The notes below the pieces were generated by a model. That model did no database searches. It was not told where the DNA came from and saw nothing but the letters and a program-made list of their open reading frames with translations. DNA of 64,000 nt, from the NCBI GenBank assembly GCA_949358305.1, contig OX442314.1, positions 8,742,001-8,806,000 on the forward strand. Reading direction: 5' to 3'. A program made the position numbers and the translations under genes. Origin of the DNA: Strigamia acuminata. Lineage: Eukaryota. This document shows positions 1 to 14,000 of the stretch, piece by piece (positions within the stretch are counted from its first letter, which is position 1; each line of letters begins with the position of its first letter).

Positions 1-1169
1 TAACTATTGCATTAGGTAACACTTTGGTCCACAGATTATCTCTACAAGGAATGAATTATGCAGAAATTCATTCTTCTGGTTCAGATAATACAAAACTTGA
101 GTTTGGACTAGAATGTTCCAGTTATTATTTTTTTTGCTAATGCGCAATAGCAAATTGCCACTTCCTGTTTTCAGATTTCAGTTCATTTTTTACCTCAGTC
201 AGTTTTAAAACTGTTTTATTTATTTTGTGATGATTATGATGGTGTATATGGAGATAAATGTCAATATTTGCCACCAGATTGCGCTTTTGTGCATAATGGC
301 GGTAGATTTGACTAAAACCCTAAAAAAATGGACTAAATACATAAAATGAATGTTTTATGTTATTTTATCAGCAGAAATATTGTTTAATGCATAGTAACAA
401 ATGTTTACATGTGATATTAAAACATCTTGGCCAAAAATACTAAATTCCTTTGAAAATTGTCACTGTTGTTGTCATATTTTTATTAAATCTTTCAACTTTA
501 ACATTAAAAAAATGTTTTTTTTTTCTAATCACAATCTTATTTACAAAAATTTTTTTTAACTTACACATCTTAACATCTAAGCTATTCCCTTAATCAACCT
601 CCGCTATCAAACTTAATATCTTAAGATTGCTAAATCCCTAAACCTGAGACACCAAAATCAAATATTAATTAAAATATAACTATATAACAAGATATATATT
701 TCCATTTTTCTCTACACGTAATTAAATTAACTTTAAAAAATCTAAAAACTAATTAAATCAAACCATGCCCACATATAACCCTAACCATAGGATCATATGT
801 AAACAACACTTTGGAGATTTGTTCTAACTTTTAAAAAAAAGTAGAATACAAAAGAGAAAAAAATCTTGTTAGTAACATTTAAAGGTCGTTGCAATTTCAA
901 CTTTGCTTTTGGCATTCCAAACTAGAGGAAGATGGAGATAGAAAATTGCTTGTGGGAAGAGACCGAACAGGATGAAACTATAGAAAAGTACAGAGGGGAT
1001 GTGTGGGTTTGGAATGAAAAGTCAACCAAATGAATAAAAAGGTTTTTCTCATCAAATTCTATTCACACCAGCATCTATTGAAAATAGTCAACTTCCAGTT
1101 AAAGCATTCTTGAGTAGTTATACAGAATTCAAAGGTAAATATAATATTACATTTCTTTATGGAATTGAC

Positions 1170-1410
1170 CAAAGAGCAAAAAGGTCACCAAAAGATGACC
1201 AAAATGTGACCAAAAAGCCAAAAAGTGACCAAAATGTGTTCCAAAATGTGGCCCAAAAGCCATAAAGTGATCACAAAGCCAAAAAATGACCAAAAATATG
1301 ACCAAAAAGCCAAAAAATGACCAAAAATGTGACCAAAATGTGACCAAAAAGCCAAAAAGTGACCAATATATGACTGAAAAGCCAAAAAGTGACCGATATG
1401 ATCAAAAAGC
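1170..1410. repeat. Degenerate tandem repeat, ~10-20 bp units (TGACCAAAAA/GCCAAAAA)
   Basis: Reiterated GTGACCAAAA(AGCCAAAAA) units; accounts for the low-complexity ORFs at 1147-1385. Confidence 0.85.
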
Positions 1411-2092
1411 CGTTATCTTCGGTTTTAACAAATTTTCAGTTTTTTAAATTTTATTTTATTTAAATTTATTAATTTTAGAGTATTGATTGAACTTGTCATT
1501 GCAGCAGCATAATTAGACCAATACCATAAATAAATAACTAATCATCAGATTTAAAACCAAAATCTGATTTACCCCCCCCCCCACCCCTCCCCTGCATATA
1601 GATGTCAATAAACCATCTCTTTTGTGTATCTTGTTTGCTAATTAGTTTTCTTAATTGGCCAAGTGAAATAAATAATTAATTGATTTGGTTATTTAATATA
1701 GCAACAGAACAGAGGGAATTGTAATTACATCTCTTAAATTATGGCTCAAACCAGCACATATTTCATTTTTATTTGGCTTCATCACTTGATTTCCATATGT
1801 TTAATAAATTTTTCCTCCAGATATTTGAAACCATCAATTACTTTCTAAATTGCTGCCCCTTTTTCCTCTTTTTGCTGCATTTCATTTTCATTGTTCCATT
1901 TGCTACTGAAGAGACATCTCTAATTGTTTATGCTGTGCTACTTCTAATTATTGCAAAAAATAACCTTTTTATTGTTGAATGACGTCATGTTTTAAGCCAC
2001 TTGGGAGAGGGGCTCTTGTAATGACATCAACTCTAATTCCATTATAATTAAGAAGAATTTTTTATTGATTTCTTTTTGCAGAGCATAATTCC

Positions 2093-5000
2093 ATGACTCC
2101 AGAAAGCCTGGATGTTGTCGACAAGTTCAATAGCAAATATAACAACAACGGGATATTATTCGAAGACGATAAACCGGTGGTACCAGGAATTGCTGTTCGT
2201 TCAGCTGCTGTTGAAACCCTCATCGAATTCTGTGTCAATTGTTTTGGTAAGTTATTTTGCTTGTAGCTTATAAAAATGAAAGATATACTCTTGTTGAACT
2301 CAAAAAGGCCCCCAAATTACATTGGTCGAGCCTCATCACTACAATCTCCAGACTGTATACTACCACTAGAAGAAGTAGTTTTGATTTTGATTTATTTTTG
2401 TGATTGTTATGACCATTTAAGTTAATATAATTTTAGATTTTTCTTATTAAAAAATGTTATTTCCATTTATGAAATATAGTTTTATGCCCATATCAATGTA
2501 AAACTCGTATTTGTTCTGTTTATTGGTTGCTTTGTCTGGAAAGCACATAATTTTGAAATTTTGGCCGTTACCTAGGCAATCGATTACAATGTCTGTACAT
2601 TGCAATGCAATTCTGGTGTTTGGGTCTATTTTTTTGGATCACTACACCAGTAAAATGGCTCGACCAATGGGATTTGGGGGCCTTTTTGAGTTCAAGAGTA
2701 TAGTAAGTATTCGCAGCTTGCGCTGATACTCTCTGCTTGCATACATATGCAGACGTTGACGGAAAGTTGCAGGAGGGATATGAGTAGTATGACACTCAGG
2801 GCCACCTTAACAATTAGGCTACCAGAGCTAAAGGGCACTAGGCACCTCCTAGTAAGTGTCTGCATAAGTGTGCAACATTGACTCATATAAAACAGGTTTC
2901 ATTTATTATTACCCCCTAATTACCCAGAAATTCCCATTAATTAAATACTAAATTTCCCACTTACTGAATTCCCCACTTAATAAATTTTTTTCGCCACTAA
3001 TTTAACTTAACCCAAATTAATTAGTTTTTCCACTAAAATTAAATTTGGTTTCTACTAAAAAAAGAATTCCGTAATACCTGATTTTACCACCATGTATACC
3101 ACTACTTTACTGGGATGAGGAGACTTGTTCTTGCCCGATCTTTTTTAAAGCATACACTTGCAAACATATCGTGGGTATTGCAATTACAGAAAAATATCTC
3201 AGTGTTCCAAGTGAAGCAAGGAACGTGCCTTTGGGCCAGAAACGCAAATGGGGAAGGCCGTCGAAAGCCAAGAAGGCATTCCTTGCACATTAGTGAAAAA
3301 GGTATATGCAACGAATTTTTTTAGTGGTACAATCAGTACGGTTGAAGTTCGTCTGTCATACCATTGGGGGATCACCTTCTGATGGGGAGTCACAGGGAGG
3401 TGTTAGGGCAGTTCAGGTTAGCAAGAAAATTAGTTTCAAGCTGTTGCAGTATACCGCATTCATTACGGTATTTGGTGAATACCATACCGCACTCGCGCGA
3501 AAAAGTTACTGCACAAGCCTAGCCCCAATGAGCACTGCCTCATAAACTATTGCCGGAAGATGAGTCTGCTTCGTGGTAAAAATACCCAAATGTAATTGCT
3601 TGCCTTCAGCTTTAGTAACAACTTTTCTCTCCCACACCACTACTGCCTACATGAAATACGTAGTCGGATAGCACTAAAACGTTATTTTTATTGGACATTT
3701 ATCCGCCCAAATGTAAATGTATGTTTGAGAAGTCAAGTTGAAAGAATTCAAATAAGAGGATTAAGATTAAGTGGAATTGAAATCACTTCTTTGACTTATA
3801 GAAGTTACGTATCTCTTCTGCACCTGCTATTGGCTATTGTATCTTTAAAATTAGCAGCGAACTACACTCAAACTAAATGGTGCTTTGACCAATGGAGCTG
3901 AAAATTGTCCCTAAACACATAATGCCATATACCAGGGATTTCTAAACTTTTTAGCATCGCGACCCATTTTTAAGCAAGGCGCTCTTCCGCGCCCCACTTC
4001 ATCTACCGGTGCATTAAATTTTTCAAAAATGAACTACTAAAAAGAAAAAAAGAAATATAAAAAAGAAATTTTACATAAGATTTTACATAAGTTTGCCTCA
4101 GACGGTTCAGTTTAGTCTAAATTACTGAAACACCAAGTAATGAGGTTTGGACACCGGCAGAGTCCACAACAACAGACTGCGAGAACTGTTGGAAGTATAC
4201 ATTAATCATTCGGCCAATTACTGCTATCTAAACTGGGAGTTTGTGAAATATAAATAAAGTAACAAATTGGTGGGAACTCTTGTTGCTAAGCGACAGGAAC
4301 CCGCATGCATGGGATAAACTTCCGCTTTCACAGCGGGCAAAATGATGGATCGAAGGAAGAGAGGAGTCAAAACGAAGAGAGAAAAAATGTTGGTGCCAGA
4401 TCCGCCAATCAATACATTGGTGAAAGGAAGATTTTTTTCTCCCCTTCCTGCACGAATGACCTTAGGGATTGAAAAGCTGTCAATGTCAGACTCGTGGCGG
4501 ATATTGAATGCTTGGGATCGCACTTGTCACAATATAAGATTGACATTACCATTCTTGCTTTCGATAGACAATATATGTATTGAAGATTGCTCCACTGGAA
4601 TGGATCAATTTTTCCTTTATTTCTTTTATTTATTATTTTATGCCAAAGCAATTGAAATATTCCTAGTCAAAACAAACATCTACAAATGACAAGTTAATGG
4701 ATTTTTGCATGGAGGTCACTTCATTTCGTCGCCATTTATTTCGTCGCCCTCGCAATTTTTTTTTTGAAATTTTTTTTTGAAGAAATTTTTTCATTTCGTC
4801 GCCGTTATTTCATCAACATTTCATTTCGTCGCCATATAATTTCGTCGCTGTGTTGTTAGATGCTCAAATCTGGAGGCTGATGAAATAACATGAGGACGCC
4901 ATTACAGTGTAGAAAACAACAACTAGTGCCCCCTTTTAATGGTACACATAAGTATAATACAAGAACGCCATCTGGCGTGATAAATACACAACATATCACA

Positions 5001-8000
5001 CATCCCCCTCCCAGTTACAAAGTTATAATTGGAACGAAACAAACGAAAAGACTTCTTAGCATTCTTCAATGAGCCGACTTGGCTTGTTGACCGCTCTTCC
5101 GCTCCTCGTAACCATTGGTCTTGGAGATGTTCGCATCGTCTCTGGTGATTGTCGAACTGGAACCGGAATCTCGGCCGTCGCTGGTGCCTGTTGATCCATT
5201 GGTGGTTCCTCGACCTCACTGGACTCATCTGCTTGGCTGTCCCCTGGATCGATGTCGTCCGGCTTGTCCGAATCGTCCTTCAGTGGGATGAGGTGGAATC
5301 GATTGCGTTGCACCGTTCGCTTGTCGGTGTTAACAATGTATGAGCGCGGTCGTCCCGCCTTCTTCTCGATGACGCCCGATCGCCTCAAATCGATGATCCA
5401 AACCCTCTCGCCTGGTTGTAGATCTGGAAGATCCCTCGCTCGATGTCGCTTATCGAAATTCCTCTTTTGGTCTGCTATTCTCTTCTCCTCCTTCCCCCGA
5501 AGAAGTTTCGCATCTGGAGTCTTAGGCATCAATTGGGTTGCGGCGATCGGAACTTCGGTCCTGATTTTCCGCCCCATCAGCAGCTCCGCGGGTGAGAATC
5601 CGTTTGCCAGTGGAGTCGCACGATAGCTTTGAAGTGCTTTAAAGCCGTCGCTAGATTTCTTCAAAATCCGCTTGATGACTTTGACCCCGGCTTCTGCGAA
5701 CCCGTTACTCTGAGGATATTTCGGACTCGATGTAGTGTGGATAAATTTCCAGTCTGTCGCGAATATGGAAAACTCCGATTTTAATAGAGTTCCAAATTGC
5801 GTTCCATTATCGCTGACCACCTCTTGTGGTGTACCATGTCGCGAAAATATAGATTTTAGGAATAGAATCACTTCGCTTTCCTTGAGCGATGTCAGCGTCT
5901 TGACTTCTGGATACCGCGAGTAGTAATCTTCAACGAGCAAATACCACTGACGATCCAAGTAGAAAAGATCCATGCCAACTTTTTGCCATGGCCGTTTCGG
6001 GAATTCCGCTGGCATGAGTGGTTCGTGAGGATTTGTGGACTCTTTGATGCATTCCGTACACGTGGAAATGCGTTTTTCAACGTCCCTCGAAATCCCTGGC
6101 CACCAAACCGCAGACCTTGCCCTGGCTCGACATTTTGTGATTCCTAAGTGTCCCGTGTGGATCTTGTCCAATATGAATTCACGTAATTCCGCTGGGATCA
6201 CAATCCTTGACCCTTTCATGAGTAGGTCTTCTTCTATGGCTATCTCATCTCGGTATTGCCAAAAATCCCCTAACCCTTGTGGTAATTGATCTTTGACTGG
6301 CCATCCATGTTGACTGAACTGCCGAAGCTTGATGCAAATCGGATCCCTGTTCTGGACCTCTATGATTTCACCTAAGCGTTGGTCAGTAGCTTGAAGATGC
6401 TTGGTAATCAGCTGCACATATGCAGTCACACAACCCTCGAGTCGTTGCTCAATGTCGCCATCTTCTTCAGTGTCCGGCAATGGACGCCTTGACAAAACAT
6501 CAGCCGCGCCTAACTCCTTGCCTGGAATGTGCTTGACCGTGTAGCAGTATCGCTGAAGTCGAAGTCGCATCCGTTGCAATTTTGGAGTGATCTCGTCGAG
6601 TTCCTTCGTCATCAAGATGGGTACCAACGGCTTGTGGTCAGTTTCCAGACAGACGGGAATTCCAATGATGAAGTTCTTGAACCTCTCACATGCCCATACG
6701 AGAGCATATCCCTCTTTCTCTATCTGTGCCCAATTCTTCTGACATTTCGTTAAGGTTTTACTCGCGTAGGCAATCGGCCTGAATTTGCCGTCTTTTTGCT
6801 TTTGTTTAAGCACTGCACCGACTCCGTATGAAGACGCATCTGCTGTGATCACTGTCTCTCTCGTAGGATCGAACCACGCTAATGTTGGGGCCTTTGATAA
6901 TTCCTCTTTAATGGCGTCAAACGCTGCTTCTTGCTGCGTCCCCCATCGGAATTCATTCTTGCCGCCCAATAGTTCATTCAACGGGTGTGCTTTTGTCGCC
7001 AAATTCGGGATGAATCTACCCAGGTAATTGACTGAACCCAGTAGACTTCGTAATTCCGACACATTTTCGGGTTTGCCCATTTTTCTAATGGCAACAATCC
7101 GGTCGTCATCGACATGAACTCCGGCTTGATCAATGATGTGTCCCAGGAATTTTATCTTGGTTTTCCCGAACTCGCATTTCGCTACGTTCAACGTTATTCC
7201 CGCTTCTAGCAAGCGTTGGAGTACTGCACGTAAACGTCTATCGTGTTCCTCGATGGTGTCGCCATAAACCAATATGTCATCAACGTTGACTTGCTTGCCT
7301 TCCAATCCTTCAAGGATTTCGCTCATCCTCTTCTGAAAGAATTCAGGTGCTGCATTTATGCCGAAAGGAAGTCTCTTGAACATGTATCGGCCAAATGGAG
7401 TGATGAATGTTGTCAACAGCCTTGATTCGGCATCCAACTGACACTGCCAAAAGCCATGATTGGCGTTGAGCTTTGAAAAGTACTTCGCTTTTCCTAGTCG
7501 ACCCAACACGTTCTCAGTAACGGGCATCGGATGTGTTTCTCGCATCACGTAGCGATTAAGCCTCACATAATCCACGCACATGCGAATTGATCCGTCGGGC
7601 TTCGGTGCCAAAACCAGCCCAGAACACCAATCTGTTGGTTCTTCTACCCGTTCTATTACTCCCAATAATACCATCTTGTCGAGGTTTGCTTTTATCTCGT
7701 TTAGTAGAGGAATCGGAACTCTTCGAGGTGTCATTAACGCATATGGACTTGCATCAGGTTTCAGTCGTATTTTGTACGGTATTTCGACGCGCCCCAAACC
7801 GCTGAATAGCTTCGGGTAAGCCGTCTTCGGATCGAATGACATCTTTGGTGTCTTCTCCGTTTTCACCGCATCAACTCCGCAACGTCTGATGATGTCCAAC
7901 TCTTCGCAGGTATCGCCATCTAGTAATGGCTGCATCAAACCTCGAACGACGTAGATCGCTGTTAATTTCGACCGTCCTCGGTACTCGATTTTCTCCCATA

Positions 8001-11000
8001 ACATTCCTAACGTTTCCATTTTTCCTTTGGTCGCATTGTGCAAGTTCAGCTCGGGTTTCCGTAATTTTCTATCGGAAAAATAGTCCATGTAGACTTCCTC
8101 GGGAATACATGTCGTTTCGGCGCCGGAATCTGCCTTGAATGTGATTCTTGCGTTCCTGATCTCGACCGACACATGCCATCTTCCCTGTCGACTGGCAACT
8201 CCATTGACTGATTCAATGTAAGCATCCGTCGCTTCATCGACCCCTTGAACCGCTGCACTTCGACAAACCCTCGCATAATGACCTTTGCGATTGCATTTGT
8301 GACATGTCAGCCTCGTTGCTGGGCAATCCTTCATCGGATGGAATCCGCCGCCACATCTGCCGCAATTACTCGAGTTTTTCGATGCATTCTTCGGCTGTGT
8401 CTTGGGACCGCCGTCCGGTTTGCTCGATTTCCCGCTGTCATCTGGCCGTTCTGTCTTCCTTTTCCAGAAGTTGGATCGTTGCACCTTCTTGGAGTCAACT
8501 CGATCCACGGACTTATTGGTCGATGACGCTTCCAGCAATGTTTTCGACTGCGAATTGACCTGTTCAGACTGTTTCGTCATCTCGATTGCCTTCGCCAATG
8601 TCAAGTTGCTTTGAAGCTGAAGCTTCTTTGCCATCGCCTTGTCCCGGATGCCATTCACGATCTTATCGCGGATAAACTCGTCGTACAATGCATCAAATTT
8701 GCAGTGTTTGGCCGCTGTGTGCAATGCCGTGATATATTCGTCCATTGCCTCTCCGTCCTTTTGCTGGCGGTTGTAGAACATGGCTCGCTCATAAATCACA
8801 TTTGTTGTCGTAACAAATTTTGCCTCAAAAGCTGCCTTCACTTTTGCATAATCGTGCTTGTCTGGATCCGCCAATTTAAATGATGTGTAAATGTCATTTG
8901 CTGTGTCCCCCATGTGGTAAAGGAGTGAAGCCACTTGCTTTTTGCCTGGCTGTGTGTCCAAATCCACCATGGAGCGAAACAACTCAAATCTGGCAATCCA
9001 TCTTGGCCAATCTGCAGCATTCTTGAAGTCAAATTCATCTGGTGGTTTGCAAATGCTGTGCTCCACTTTTGCCATTATTTGTGGAATGTTTTTCTCTTCC
9101 TTCTCCTCCTCTTGGTCCTCTAGTATGGGCTCAATGATGAGTAAGGCTAAAATTCCTTTTTCACTTCCTCCTCCTCCTCTTGGTCCTCTAGTATGGGCTC
9201 AATGATGAGTAAGGACTCAATTCCTTGTCTTCTTCAAACAAAAGGCACATTTGCCAGCTTCTACAGACGAAAATTGTCGAAAATTGACGAATCTCGAAGA
9301 ATACTCGGCAAATAATCGGCGTGCTCGAGCTCGCGCATCAACGTCGCACTTGTTGCTCACGATCGCACGTCGTTTTCGGTCCCAAATGTCTGAATTTTGT
9401 ATGGCCTACCGTCCTTATTGACGTATCTTCACCCAGTTGATATTTCCAACCAATTTCCAGTGTGATTTCCGCTGCCACCATGTGTTGTTAGATGCTCAAA
9501 TCTGGAGGCTGATGAAATAACATGAGGACGCCATTACAGTGTAGAAAACAACAACTAGTGCCCCCTTTTAATGGTACACATAAGTATAATACAAGAACGC
9601 CATCTGGCGTGATAAATACACAACATATCACACAGTCGCCATATAATTTCGTCGCCATATCATTTCGTCGCCCTATAGTTTCGTCGCCATATCAATTCGT
9701 CGCCATGTCATTGTTGTGGCATTTCGCCGCCATTGCCACAGAACACGCCGAAGCGTAACGTCGTATAGACGTGCGCCGAAATGTGGCCAAGTTCTGACCA
9801 AATTGTGGCAACATTGAGGCCAAATTGTGGATAAATTCTGACCAAATTCTGGCAAACTTGTGGCAAAATTGTGGACAAAATGTGGCCAAATTCTGGCCAA
9901 ATGCTGACCAAATTGTGGCAAAATTGTGGCAAAATTGTGGATAAATTCTGACCAAATTATGGCCAACTTGTGGCCAAATTGTGGCAAAATTGTGGCAAAA
10001 TTGTGGCCAAATTGTGGCCAAATTGTGGATAAATTCTGACCAAATTATGGCCAACTTGTGGCCAAATTGTGGCAAACTTGTGGGCAAAATGTGGCAAAAT
10101 TCTGGCTAAATTGTGGCCAAATTCTGGTCAAATTGTGGCAAATGTTCCGGTTACTTAGCAGTATCATTTCGTCGCCCTTCATTTCGTCGCCGTGCCATTT
10201 CGTCGCCCTTCTGTTCGGTTTGGGTTGTTTTGGTTGTTCAACCGTATCATTTCGTCGCCCTTCATTTCGTCGCCGTTTTTCCGTTTTGGGTGTCATTTCG
10301 TCGCCAAAAACGGCGACGAAATGACACGGCGACGAAATGAAGGGCGACGAAATGAAGAAACCGCTTTGCATGTTCTTGGGTTTTTCTTAAGAAGGGGGGG
10401 GGGCATCACCCCCCTTGAACCCCCCTCACCCTCCGAGCCTCACCTTAACTGCTTTTTTTAATGTGATGGGTAGGGCCCGGATGAATGCATAAACGCATGA
10501 GATATATTTTTATTCAATATAAAGCCAAAATCTGCTATTAATGTATATTTTCCAAAAATCAGAAATAAATGCATAAATTGCAGTTTTTATGATACGAAAA
10601 TGGTACGTACCATCTATGCACGATACGTTTTGTTTTCGTGTCATATCGTATAGGCCGAATAACCGAATGCAAACCGAATATTCCGTGCAACCCTAATCAA
10701 TACACTTGAAAGACTGAAACTTGAATTTCAGAATGATTTTTGGTTCATTGATTCACTGCAATTTGCAATAAGATGTATCCATAATGTATTGTACAGTAGA
10801 AAGATATGCTGGCTATTTGCCAAAAAATAGGGAGAAGAAACCACTGACCGGGCATTCTTTCATCGGTCAAAGCAGGGTCATTTCTAGACAATTTTTAAGG
10901 TGAAGAACCCAACTAATTGGACTTACTGCACAGTGGCATACACTACACAAGCAAAAATAAACCAATAAATAAATAAATAAATAAATAAAATAATTTAAAA

Positions 11001-14000
11001 TTTGACATGTGTCAAAAATTTGTTTTTGAAAAGCCGAAAACACGGTATCTTGATATAGGAATTCAGATCTGTTGTAGAGAAGAGGCATTTGCACACAAAG
11101 GTGCATCTTGTTGATATCTTTGAGTGCACTTGAAGTTGCCCACAAATTCCAATGTATTTTGCCTGTCAGCCCCAACTATACAAGTGACAAGGCTTAACCT
11201 TTTTTTGTCGAGAAGAAAATCACATTCCTCCGGAAGCAAAATCAACAATCTGTCATCGATTGGCTTTCACGGTTTATTGGCATTCATGACACTCTTGAGA
11301 AGAAAGGCCGAAGGTCCTCAATTTCATAAACATTACTCTTAGTATGCAAAGATACTAGAAGATCTATGGAACAGAATCAGCATCTCGAGACAACCTAACG
11401 GCAAGTTCACACTTGAGTTCACACAAGACACAGCGCAACGTAGGCAAAATAAGTTAGACCCTTAAGCATTTGTTCACACATCAGGACGTGTGGACGGGAC
11501 ATAAAACTCCATATGTTGCATCTAGCTAATCAAGAAGCTTCATACGCCACTGTTAAAGTTAAACTTACAAACCGCTCCGGGTATCTTGATGCCTACGAAG
11601 TTCACGTTCACCGTGTGCATTCAAAGTCGAATGAATTATTTGATTTATCATAATCTGAATTATCAACAATTCATGCAAGTCATTGGCTGATGTCGCTAAA
11701 ATGTTCTACCAGCCACAGGAAACGATGTAATTTACATCACTGAAATGATAATTTAATTCCAATAAGTGTCTTATTGATAAGTCATGATTGGTTTTTGGAA
11801 TTTCAGTCAAACTCACAAGTTATTTTTGTGCTTGAAATGTGCACAGCATCCAGGCTAGATGCAAAAATAGATGATACATTATTACCCATAGATAAACTGT
11901 TTGTTTTTGTTTTTCCATTTGCAGATTACCTTGGAGACATAACCGAAGCCTATTCCAATTACCCGCGTGTTTTCTTTCTCATGCACAAGTGGTTCGTGCC
12001 GTCCGAACAAGTGGCCATGCATCTTGTTTCCCTTTTCCGACGGTCAGAAAAAATTCCAACCACATCGTGCCACGCGGCATGTCGCCATACACAGTCTCAT
12101 GCAATCACGTGTCCACTTTTTCAACAAAAAAGTCGTGTTTGTCATACATTCAGGTAAGCAGAATCAAAAGAAATAAATCAATTTCACTTATTTTTCAAAC
12201 GACTGCCAACGGCATCAATAAATGTGTTTATAGAACTCGATTCTTCTTCTCGAATGTTATTGCTTTAAATTCCTTAGAAAATGAAATTCATTATTTTTTG
12301 TTTTAAAAAACAGTTCGGCTTGTTTTACGTCCCAAACTGCGTGGCATAAGAGTCATGGAAAATTTTACTTACTAGTCATAAGCAGTTTCCTACGTAGGAA
12401 ACCAGTCTGCCCGCAGAAATTTTGCCTACAGAAAAAACTGGTACTCACAAATTTCATTCCACTCTTGGAATGTCTGCGAGATATGTTTTGTGACATAAAA
12501 AATTAACTTTCTGGCTTGTCGATGCAACGAAAAGCCGATCTTCGTTTCCAGGCACAGAAACTTCTGCGGCACAGAAAGTAGCGATCGGTCTGGACAATGT
12601 GTCACTGGTCGTAATTTTTTTTAACCGGTCTCAAATATGGCAGCAATCAGTTCTGTCAACAAATACAAACAACTGTATATTCTATTTATAAAAATAGATT
12701 ATTAGTTTATAAATAGAATTAAAAATTAAAAACAAACTAGCAATCCTATTCATCCTAACTCCAAAAGTAGCCTTCAAATTTTTATTGGCATCCATCTTGT
12801 TTTTTTTTTATGGCCATTCACCATTTCTTTTCTGTTGCATAGAGCTGTGAGTACCACAAAAAGACTCGTGTGACAGACTAGCACAAATTCTGTTACAAGA
12901 TGATTCTGTCAAGTCTATACACACAGAAAAGTCTTTGGGCATACACTTCTGTTAGCAGATGATCTTATGAGTACTAAGCTTTATGTATGATGCATGACAA
13001 ATCGGGGAATTGCAAAAAAATTAATTCAGGGATTCTCATAGAAATAAATCGAGGAAGAACGAAAATAATAATTAAAAATGAAATTTAAGAATTCTTTAAA
13101 ATAATAAATTTTTTTTTATAAAAATTGTATCTGTTTTGATCCGATTCGTCTCATCATCCAAAAGATATTTTTTTCTAAAAACTGATTGATAAATTTGATC
13201 CGATGTATCTTATCGTCCGCAAAATACGATATTAAAAAAATAATTGATATTTACGGGAACATAATATATTGTAATTACTGCCAGAATTGCCGAGGTGAAG
13301 CTGAGTCACAATCGGAACAAAAAGACGCTTATGAAATAAAAAATCGGCAGGGAAAACACAAGAAAAGACGATAATTCAATATTAAACATTTTCTTTCCGA
13401 TTGTGACTCATGAGTGGCATTCGCCTCATCAATAAAAAAAATTAGATTTTCTTCCATAAAATATTTTGGAAATATAACTGAAATGCAAAATTTCCAAACC
13501 CGAAAGTTATATATTCCAAATTGTACAAACATCAAATTTCCAATGACTTTCCAACACTGAACGCAACCGTTTCCAAACGACTTTTCGTAGCATGATACAT
13601 TAAATTTCCAAACAGTTAAACACACATTTCTCAAACAGTAAAGTTAAGATTTCCAAATGTAAAATATATTAGTTTCCCATCAGTAAATAACAACTTTCCA
13701 ACTCGACACTCAATAAATGTGACATTTTTCTGGGAATTTTATCACGGGATTTCCCAGGCCAAAATCACTACCATCGACAAACTATTAATAAGATAACCAA
13801 AAACGACTTAATTTTTCAACAGATATTGGATCCATAAATTCCCAATGCATTTTGATATGGAGCATCGACTTAAGAGCATTCTTAAAGACTTTCATTCAGA
13901 ACTATTGAACTCGCACAACTATCCACTTTCACACCTCGTTGATGTATCTAATGTGTAAGTAGTTTCAAAATCACTCAGTTCCACGCGAAAAATTGCTAAT

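Larger units (their letters stand above)
4712..10364. mobile_element. Non-autonomous TIR (foldback/MITE-like) element built from ATTTCGTCGCC repeats, interrupted by the LTR element
   Basis: Imperfect TIRs GAGGTCACTTCATTTCGTCGCC / GGCGACGAAATGAAGAAACCGC; 8-bp TSD TTTGCATG at 4704-4711 and 10365-10372; internal AAATTGTGGCC array at 9780-10140. Confidence 0.8.

Noticed and set aside
4224..4689. ORFs of 80-115 aa in RasGRP intron 1
   Set aside because: No recognisable motif or splice support; probably degraded repeat.
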